Assembly: GCA_030613445.1 (NCBI GenBank)
Contig: JAUWLY010000001.1
Span: forward strand, 1-36,940
Source of the DNA: Candidatus Stahliibacteriota bacterium
Lineage (GTDB): Bacteria > Hydrothermota > Tepidihabitantia > SM23-42
Length of the DNA: 36,940 nucleotides
Direction of reading: 5' to 3'
Shown: positions 29,829 through 36,940 of the stretch, piece after piece
Numbering within the stretch: the first letter of the stretch is position 1
Layout: each line of letters opens with the position of its first letter
Translations under genes and position numbers: made by a program
Notes under the pieces: model-generated
Seen by the model: only the letters and a program-made list of their open reading frames with translations
Told to the model about the DNA's origin: nothing
Databases searched by the model: none

Positions 29829-31616
29829 ATGCATTGGCATGATGATGAATTAATAAGCGAGGAAGAGACACAGCCATCCAAGAAGAATTGGCGTATTATT
29901 AGTAAACTATTGCCCTATTTCAAAAAATACAAAATAAAAATTATAATCGCATCTGTCCTGCTTCTTTTCTCGACATTATTGACCTTGCTTGGACCCATTT
30001 TAATAAAACGTGTTATTGATATAGAAATCCCTCAAAAAAACATGCAGGGGTTATTAATAATTGCATTCATATATTTAGTAGTTCAATTATTTATTATCCT
30101 GGTTAGATATTTTCAAGAAATTGAGATTCAGAAAGTTGGCGAAAGAGCAATCGCTGACCTCAAATCTGATCTTTTCGAGCAACTACTTCATATACCTGTA
30201 GCACACTTTGACAAGAACCCGGTCGGCAGGTTGATTTCCAGGGTAGACAGTGATACTGAAACGCTTAAATTCCTCTTCTCACAAACGGCCGTTGTATTGA
30301 TCCAGAACATAGCGCTCATAATAGGGATGTCAATCGTGATGATGGTTGTTAATCTGCGTCTCTACCTTTTGATACTTTTCATGCTCCCCATATTCTTACT
30401 AATATTCTGGTGGTTTGAACGAAGTGTCCGACCGGTTTATCTGGCAGTAAGGAAAAAAGTTGCGGAAATAAATAGCTATATCATTGAAACTTTGCACGGA
30501 TTACCGATTGTACAAATTTTTCAGCAAGAAACGAATTTTCTTAAAAAAATCAACACATTAGGTAAAGAAAAATGTACGGTAGAAATAAAAGCGTTGTCCT
30601 ATTGGTATCGTATCTGGTGCTTTGTTGATCTCGGTGAAGTCATCGGCATCATCCTCGTACTTGGCATCGGCGGTATGTGGGCTTTACATGGAGCAATTAC
30701 CATCGGCACAATATTTCTATTTATCAGTTATATCACACGTCTCTTTGGACCGCTCCGCAGGTTGTCTGACCAGGTTAATGTTATTGAACGAGCATTTGCA
30801 TCAGCAGAACGTGTATTCCAGGTACTGGCGACAAAGCGTGAGGGAAAAGAACAAGAAAAAGAACTGGTAAAAAGCCTTAGAACACATATTACGTTTAAAG
30901 ACCTTAGCTTCTATTATGAGAATGAAAATTGGGTGCTGGAAAATTTAAATTTCAAGATAAAAAAGGGAGAACGTATCGCCCTGGTCGGTGAAACCGGCGG
31001 TGGTAAGACCTCTATTATCGCCCTCTTGTTAAAATTCTATGAACCTCAGAAAGGCACGATTTTGATCGATGATACCTGCATTTCCAAGATCAACCGGAAC
31101 TCGCTGCGTGCAATGATCGGTTTCGTTCCACAGGATGTAATTCTTTTCCCAGGCTCAATAATGGAGAATCTGCGTCTCTTTGACGAACAAATTTCCCCTC
31201 GCAAGGTCATTGAAGCGGCAACTCGAGCCTGTATCCATGATCGGATATGCAAACTACCGAAAAGCTATGATACAAACATCATTGAGCAGGGCGTAAATTT
31301 ATCTTTTGGCGAAAGACAACTATTATCTTATGCACGCGCACTCGTATTTGATCCGGATATCCTTATCCTTGATGAAGCAACCTCGTCAGTCGATCCTGAA
31401 AGTGAACGTTTAATACAGGTCGGAATGAAAGAACTTCTTAAAGATCGGACTGCAATTATCATCGCACACCGGCTTACCACGACACGTCTGGCTGATCGGG
31501 TTCTGGTTATCCATAAAGGTCAATTAATTGAACAGGGAACTCATGCAGAACTACTAAGTGCAGAAGGTTATTACCATAAACTATATAAATTGCAGTATCT
31601 GAGCGTGGTACGATGA
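29829..31616 (+). CDS. ABC exporter, fused permease/ATPase subunit 1 (MsbA/MdlB-type)
   Basis: 595 aa. Six-TM N-domain, Walker A GETGGGKTS, signature LSFGERQ, Walker B ILILDEATS, H-loop IAHR. Confidence 0.9.
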   Translation: MHWHDDELISEEETQPSKKNWRIISKLLPYFKKYKIKIIIASVLLLFSTLLTLLGPILIKRVIDIEIPQKNMQGLLIIAFIYLVVQLFIILVRYFQEIEIQKVGERAIADLKSDLFEQLLHIPVAHFDKNPVGRLISRVDSDTETLKFLFSQTAVVLIQNIALIIGMSIVMMVVNLRLYLLILFMLPIFLLIFWWFERSVRPVYLAVRKKVAEINSYIIETLHGLPIVQIFQQETNFLKKINTLGKEKCTVEIKALSYWYRIWCFVDLGEVIGIILVLGIGGMWALHGAITIGTIFLFISYITRLFGPLRRLSDQVNVIERAFASAERVFQVLATKREGKEQEKELVKSLRTHITFKDLSFYYENENWVLENLNFKIKKGERIALVGETGGGKTSIIALLLKFYEPQKGTILIDDTCISKINRNSLRAMIGFVPQDVILFPGSIMENLRLFDEQISPRKVIEAATRACIHDRICKLPKSYDTNIIEQGVNLSFGERQLLSYARALVFDPDILILDEATSSVDPESERLIQVGMKELLKDRTAIIIAHRLTTTRLADRVLVIHKGQLIEQGTHAELLSAEGYYHKLYKLQYLSVVR

Positions 31617-33331
31617 AATCAATAAGCGCATTTTGGAAAAAGAAAAAGCTCTGGCTATTATTCCTGATTTCTTTTACCCTGGTAAAGACTATTATTGTCC
31701 TGCTGTTCCCATACATTCTAAAAGATATAATCGATGGAATAGAAAAGGGGTTTGCTGAACAAAAGCTTCTCCACTTTGTTCTGCTACTCGGTGTTCTCGG
31801 TGTATTCCGTGCTTTATTCAGTACCCTCCTCCCGTACTCGCGCGGCAGACTGAATGAAATATTCTTGGTCGAGGAAAGAACCAGTCTTTTCTCAAAAATC
31901 CTCAGCAAAGGGCATTCTTTTACCAACCGCTTTCCTGCCGGCGATGTGTTACAGCGACTTGATCATGATTTAAGTGAATTATCCTGGTTTGCCTGCTCCG
32001 GGATATTCCGTCCGGTCGTCGCAGTAATTACCGTGCTCGTCGCGCTTGTTTTTATGGTTGATATTAACCTCTGGCTTACTGTGCTTGCTGTATTGCCATC
32101 AACCCTGGCAATTTTTAGCTGGTTAAAGATAAGCCCGTATGAATATAGATACTATCATTCCTGGCGTGATAAAATGGCAAAAGTAAATAATTATCTCCAA
32201 TCCAGTTTTTCAGGAATTAAATTGGTAAAATCATATACAATGGAAAAGAAAAACCATAGGCAATTCAAGAACATCCTGGTAAACAGAATTGAGGCCGCTT
32301 TTAAAGTCATAAAAATCGAGACCCTGATTCACACACTCTTTACCGCAATTGAAGAAATTGGTATTGTCTTTATCTTGCTCTTTGGCGGTATTTTTATCAT
32401 GAGAGGTAATATTACGATCGGTGAATTTATTGCCTTCAATGCATACATAATTATTCTGCTCGACCCGATGATCACGATCGGTCACTTCTTCGTCTCGAAG
32501 AAACGAGCCGAAGTCCAGAACGAACGTCTTGAAGAAGTAAAAGACTATTCGGTTGATATCGAAGATAAGGGGAAAGTGAAAAATATAGTGGTCGAAGATA
32601 TCAGCATGAGCAATGTTTCATTCAAATACTCAAAGGACGTCCCGCTGATTCTAAAGGGAATTAATTTAAGAATTCCAATAACCAAAAAAATCGGTTTGGC
32701 CGGGACCGTTGGCTCAGGTAAGACCACGCTCATAAATATACTGATGAGAACAATCGATCCCACAGAAGGTGAAGTGAAAATAGGTACATTCAATATTAAA
32801 GAAATTTCACTTGAAAAGTTGCGGGCACTATATGGTTACGTTCCTCAGGAATCATCATTATTTTCTGACACAATCGGTAATAATATTCTTTTTGGCAGAA
32901 AATGCAGTGCAGCCGAGTTATCTCGCGTCATAAAACTTGCCCAGCTGGCAGATTTTATTAAAAGGCAACCCAAGGGATTGGATGAGTTGATTGGTGAAAA
33001 GGGATTGAAACTTTCTGGTGGTGAGAAACAAAGAATCGCGATTGCCCGGGCAATCCTAAAAAAACCAAAAATTCTTATCCTTGACGATGCAACATCCAAT
33101 CTCGATGCTGAGACTGAGAGAGAACTGGTCAATCAGTTGTCAGCAACGCCTGATACGACACTGATTATTATCTCACATCGGCTCTCTATTCTTTCGGTTT
33201 GTGATTATATTTATACAATAGATAATGGCGTGATCGTGGAACAAGGAACACATGACGCATTGCTCAAGAAAAAAGGTCTCTATTGTAGATTATATCAACA
33301 TCAACTCATAGAAGAAGAACTAAAAAAATAG
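31613..33331 (+). CDS. ABC exporter, fused permease/ATPase subunit 2
   Basis: 572 aa. ATGA start/stop overlap with subunit 1. Walker A GTVGSGKTT, signature LSGGEKQ, Walker B ILILDDATS, H-loop ISHR. Probable heterodimer partner. Confidence 0.9.
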   Translation: MKSISAFWKKKKLWLLFLISFTLVKTIIVLLFPYILKDIIDGIEKGFAEQKLLHFVLLLGVLGVFRALFSTLLPYSRGRLNEIFLVEERTSLFSKILSKGHSFTNRFPAGDVLQRLDHDLSELSWFACSGIFRPVVAVITVLVALVFMVDINLWLTVLAVLPSTLAIFSWLKISPYEYRYYHSWRDKMAKVNNYLQSSFSGIKLVKSYTMEKKNHRQFKNILVNRIEAAFKVIKIETLIHTLFTAIEEIGIVFILLFGGIFIMRGNITIGEFIAFNAYIIILLDPMITIGHFFVSKKRAEVQNERLEEVKDYSVDIEDKGKVKNIVVEDISMSNVSFKYSKDVPLILKGINLRIPITKKIGLAGTVGSGKTTLINILMRTIDPTEGEVKIGTFNIKEISLEKLRALYGYVPQESSLFSDTIGNNILFGRKCSAAELSRVIKLAQLADFIKRQPKGLDELIGEKGLKLSGGEKQRIAIARAILKKPKILILDDATSNLDAETERELVNQLSATPDTTLIIISHRLSILSVCDYIYTIDNGVIVEQGTHDALLKKKGLYCRLYQHQLIEEELKK

Positions 33332-33345
33332 ATTACACAGATTAC

Positions 33346-34509
33346 CTATTTGACTTTAATTACCTTCTTTGACAGTTTACCATCAATTTCAATGAAATAA
33401 ATTCCTGGAGAAAGACGTGCGGCATCGACTTCACGCCCGGTGATGTCGAAAATGCGGCAGGTTTTATCCTCTGACAGATGTAATGGACCAGTAAGAATCG
33501 TCGGGATGATGTATTTGCTCGACACAATGTCCTGTTTCTCCTGCTCAATTCCAGTTACCACCTGTCCTTCCTCGTTAATTGCACAAACGTTGGATGGCCA
33601 CCCACCGATCGCGTAGAGGTTGGTGCCCACGACACCAATATCAAGTTCCCGCCGCGCAAAAAGCATAGGATTTTCAGTAAACCAAGTATCCCCCACTGGA
33701 TCATAGACCTCCACAATATTTACTTCAGCCCTTATGGCGTTGCCCAGTTTCCCACATGCAAGGTCTGAGCCATTCAATCCACCACACACATACATCTGTC
33801 CATTAACGACACTCGCTTCTGGATGATAACGGGTTGTGGGGATATTTGCCTTCACCTGCCAGGGTGTACCTCCAACCGTATCGGCTGCTGGTTCATATTC
33901 CCATGTTTCTGTAAAATTACCACTGGACCCGCGCCCAGCTGCAACATAAATCTTACCACCTATTACCTCTGATGCGAAGAAAAAACGATTTGATTGCATA
34001 GGTGTTTTATATGACCATGTATTGGATGTAGTGTCATATTCCTCAACAATGGTACCATTGGCATGAAATCCACCGATCGCGTATATTTTTCCATCCACAA
34101 CCTCTGCACCGAGACCATCCCTACCAACTTGCAGGGGTGCCGCGGATGACCATGAGTCGCTCGCAGGATCATATATTTCAACTGTGTTATGTGTGGTGTT
34201 GGAGCTACTCCACCCACCAATTGCATATATTTTATTATCCAAAACACACACGGCGAGAAACCCACGCGGTGTTGGCATAGGAGATTTATTGATCCACGTA
34301 TTAGACACTGGATCGTATGCTTCTACCACACCGGTTGCAGTATTTGGCAGACCACCTGTCCAACCGCCTATGCAGTAAACAGTATCATTAACCACGCCAA
34401 TGCCCAGGCCATCCCGTCCAGTCGGCATATCTGTCTTTTGCGTCCATTGTATTGTTCCTGTCAATGAGACAACGAACAGAAACAACAATAACGTTATTCT
34501 AGTCTTCAT
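33346..34509 (-). CDS. Kelch-repeat protein with T9SS sorting domain
   Basis: ORF 33346..34530 trimmed to ATG 34509 (GGGGAGGA RBS; MKTRITLLLFLFVVSLTG signal peptide). Six Kelch-like blades (VYCIGGW, IYAIGGW, IYAIGGF, IYVAAGR, MYVCGGL, LYAIGGW). CTD RIFDITGREV...PGIYFIEIDG...KVIKVK. Confidence 0.85.
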   Translation of the reverse strand: MKTRITLLLFLFVVSLTGTIQWTQKTDMPTGRDGLGIGVVNDTVYCIGGWTGGLPNTATGVVEAYDPVSNTWINKSPMPTPRGFLAVCVLDNKIYAIGGWSSSNTTHNTVEIYDPASDSWSSAAPLQVGRDGLGAEVVDGKIYAIGGFHANGTIVEEYDTTSNTWSYKTPMQSNRFFFASEVIGGKIYVAAGRGSSGNFTETWEYEPAADTVGGTPWQVKANIPTTRYHPEASVVNGQMYVCGGLNGSDLACGKLGNAIRAEVNIVEVYDPVGDTWFTENPMLFARRELDIGVVGTNLYAIGGWPSNVCAINEEGQVVTGIEQEKQDIVSSKYIIPTILTGPLHLSEDKTCRIFDITGREVDAARLSPGIYFIEIDGKLSKKVIKVK

Positions 34510-34535
34510 AAATCCTCCCCTTCTTAACATAGAAT

Positions 34536-34563
34536 AGTTTAAAGAAAATGGTGATTAAGTCAA
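34536..34563 (-). promoter_or_regulatory. promoter for 33346..34509
   Basis: Minus strand: TCTTGACT (-35 at 34563-34558), 16 nt, TAAACT (34541-34536). Confidence 0.5.
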
Positions 34564-35187
34564 GATAATGGATACTAGACCAGAGAGATTCCAGTCCATT
34601 ACACATCGTGTAACGAGACCAGGGATGCTAGACAAGATAGATGCTTGATACTAGATACTTGATGCTAGAAAAGAATAGTAATTGAGTAATTAAGTAACTG
34701 AGTGATTATTTCACCCCTCACCCATAACAACAGATGTTAGATACGAGATTCTTGATACTAGTAAAAGAAGTGGATTCCCCAGCTTCTATGAAATGGAGAC
34801 TGGGAGAAACGGAGAAGTGGAGTCCTGCCCGGAATGACAGAGAAAAAGGAACTGGATCCCCCGATCAAGTCGGAGGATGACAACGATATTATAGATCCCC
34901 CTGATCCCTTCGACATTTAACTCAGGACTACAGCAAGCCGTGGGATGACCCCATACGATTAACATCCTACGGGTTTCTCGTTACACTCGAGATGTTCGAT
35001 CTCTCACTAGATTCATCTCGCTGCCCTCGATATCTTCGACGAGACTTACAGCCTCTCGCTACACTCGAGATTTACAACAGGCGGGATAAATCTTCTTAGT
35101 CTATCTCCGATACACCGGTACGCCGTTACTCCGATACTGCCCTTTCAAGGTGAACACCTGGCACTCACTGTTAATGACTGTTATATT
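34564..35187 (+). repeat. ~620-bp intergenic mosaic made only of repeat modules
   Basis: In order: GATACTAGACCAGAGAGATTCCAG; heptamer arrays (34625-34670, 34731-34760); AGTAATTGAGTAATTAAGTAACT...TTTCACCCCTCACCC; H2 hairpins (34856-34878 and a decayed one near 34771-34838); a block homologous to the CPBP gene tail (34891-34949); a decayed H3 hairpin (34949-34974); the 140-bp R-C copy (35029-35168). Confidence 0.85.
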
Positions 35188-36940
35188 CTATTTGGATTTT
35201 TTTTCGAGTGCTTTTGCTTTTTTATTGTACAAAGCGGCGAGTTTGGTTTCGCCGATGTCTTGGAGTATTTCTGAATACTCTTCATAATTTTTGTTCAATA
35301 ATATAACCCGATCAAGTTCAGTCATTAACTTAACTGCCTGTTCCATATATTCCTCAGCTTTTTGAAGATCTTGCATCATTGCATATATTTTTGCATACGC
35401 AAACGCGCAATCAGCCATGCCTGCTTTATTGCCGATCTCGTTTGCCAAGGACCAACCTTTATTTAGATAATCTAATGTTTTATCAAAAGACTCGCCTTTC
35501 AAACGCTTGACATTCGCAAGATGGTTGTAGGCAGTCGTTAGCAGTTGTTTATTGCCCAGTTCCTTGAAGATCTTCACTGCACGCAGCAGGTGTTCTTCGG
35601 CTTTATCGAGTTCTTTCGTATGAATGTACAAAACAGCCAGATTGCCAAGAGCAGTGCTGGTACCTGTTTTGTCACCAATGTTCTCACTGATCCTGAGGTA
35701 TTTGTGGAAATATTCATGTGCTTTATCGTTTTCATCTTTGCCCATGTAGAATTTAGCCAGGTTGCTATATGCCATACCTTCGCCGCGTTTATCTCCGATC
35801 TCCAGACTGATACGTAATGCTTTCAGATGAAAATCTAGTGCTTTTTGCGACTTATCTTGATATGAATACATGATACCAAGATTATTACAGGTGTGACCTA
35901 TATTTTTCTTGTCACCGATCTGTTCAAGGATAGCCAGGCTTTGCTCGTTCAGATCGATCGCTTTTTTGGAATCACCTTTCATGTGATATACAATGCCCAA
36001 AAGATAGGTAACATTACCGATAAACCGTTTGTCATTCAGCTCTTCAAGAAGAATTTTGCTTTGTTTGTACATCTCAATTGCTTTGTCATAATCGCCATGG
36101 TTGCGAAAGATCCCACCAAGGCTGATATTTGCAGTAGCCCTGATTTTCTTCACACGATCATTAATACCGACTTTTTCGGCTATGCCCAGAGCTTTTTCAA
36201 TTGCCTGCTGTGCATCAGCTATAGCACCCTGTACCTCATAGATTGCACCGCGCACTAAATATATCTCAGCCTGTTCAATAAGCATGTCATCTGAATCCCC
36301 AGATAATTTTATTAAAGCTTTATCAAGTATGTCAAGCGCATCAGTGAACTTGCTCTGGTGCCAGTAAACTCTCGCTGTTTTGCGCTGTGCCCGTACACGT
36401 ACGATCATATCCTTGCTCTGTTTAGTTACTGATGCATATGATTCGATCGCCCCATCATAGTCACCGCGTATTGCATGAATATCACCCAAAGCTTCATAGG
36501 CCTTCAGCTGAATCCATTTATGTTGATCAGTTGCTTCAGCAAAACCGTTGATAACAGAAACGACCTTTTCGAAATATTTGATCGCTTCTTCATTAGCATA
36601 CCGCTCTTTAGCATGGAAACCTGCTTTTTCCAGCCATTCGATAGCCTTATCCTGGTCATTACTATTTGTGTAATGGTGAGCAAGGAGTTCGGTGAATTCA
36701 TCTATCCGTTCTGATAATAATTCCTCAACGAGTTCTGCAACCTGACCGTGTAATTGTCGACGGTTTTTCTTGGGCAGACTATTATATGCAACCTCCTGGA
36801 CCATCGGGTGTTTAAAAATGTACTCCAGCTCCGGTTCTTTTGCTAATAAACGAATGTATTCCAGCTCTTCAAGGGTTGCTAGGTGAACACTCATCATTAA
36901 ACTCTCGACTTTGGTCAAGCGCTCGAGCAAAGGTGCAAGG
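35188..36940 (-). CDS. TPR-repeat C-terminal region of a large NTPase/TPR signalling protein (5'-truncated by window edge)
   Basis: Frame is open to position 36940. The N-terminal visible part (FKHPMVQEVAYNSLPKKNRRQLHGQVAELV) resembles the helical region after AAA/STAND NTPase domains. It is followed by more than 10 TPR units (A...Y..AL.I....GD..G). Stop at 35188. Confidence 0.8.
   Translation of the reverse strand, partial: LAPLLERLTKVESLMMSVHLATLEELEYIRLLAKEPELEYIFKHPMVQEVAYNSLPKKNRRQLHGQVAELVEELLSERIDEFTELLAHHYTNSNDQDKAIEWLEKAGFHAKERYANEEAIKYFEKVVSVINGFAEATDQHKWIQLKAYEALGDIHAIRGDYDGAIESYASVTKQSKDMIVRVRAQRKTARVYWHQSKFTDALDILDKALIKLSGDSDDMLIEQAEIYLVRGAIYEVQGAIADAQQAIEKALGIAEKVGINDRVKKIRATANISLGGIFRNHGDYDKAIEMYKQSKILLEELNDKRFIGNVTYLLGIVYHMKGDSKKAIDLNEQSLAILEQIGDKKNIGHTCNNLGIMYSYQDKSQKALDFHLKALRISLEIGDKRGEGMAYSNLAKFYMGKDENDKAHEYFHKYLRISENIGDKTGTSTALGNLAVLYIHTKELDKAEEHLLRAVKIFKELGNKQLLTTAYNHLANVKRLKGESFDKTLDYLNKGWSLANEIGNKAGMADCAFAYAKIYAMMQDLQKAEEYMEQAVKLMTELDRVILLNKNYEEYSEILQDIGETKLAALYNKKAKALEKKSK

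Noticed and set aside
15334-35187. CRISPR array among the many short repeats and hairpins.
   Set aside because: There is no regular repeat-spacer periodicity. The repeated units are 7-mers or heterogeneous 20-140-bp modules in varying order, and no cas genes are present.

Overview
36.9-kb AT-rich, metagenome-like bacterial contig with about 33 protein genes in seven strand blocks. I recognised no rRNA, tRNA, CRISPR array, transposase or integrase. (i) Seven secreted proteins end in a type-A T9SS C-terminal sorting domain: a propeller-like repeat protein, an LVIVD protein, a Kelch protein, a DUF1566 protein, two tandem C45-like Ntn-hydrolase paralogs and one unknown. This suggests an FCB-group or related candidate-phylum host. 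(ii) A co-oriented minus-strand island (about 4.0-10.8 kb) is packed with conflict-system genes: a PD-(D/E)xK + HEPN pair bracketed by 137-bp direct repeats, a TIR-domain protein with a small partner, an HNH nuclease with a hyper-basic partner, and a tripartite HicA-HicB-SecB-like (TAC) module. (iii) Other genes include a TonB-dependent-receptor-like OMP, a CPBP protease, a heterodimeric ABC exporter, a REC-like protein and a truncated NTPase/TPR protein. (iv) There are two ORF6N/KilA-N-like paralogs, one interrupted by a single in-frame TGA. (v) Promoters follow a very regular grammar (GTCTTGAC[A/T], 16-17 bp, TATAAT-like), and several genes look leaderless. (vi) Intergenic DNA is built almost entirely from a small set of reusable repeat modules: three hairpin families with compensatory stem changes, heptamer micro-arrays, and 107-140-bp near-identical blocks. 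These modules also supply the C-terminus and stop of at least two genes. All functional calls come from motif recognition by eye; no search or computation was run.
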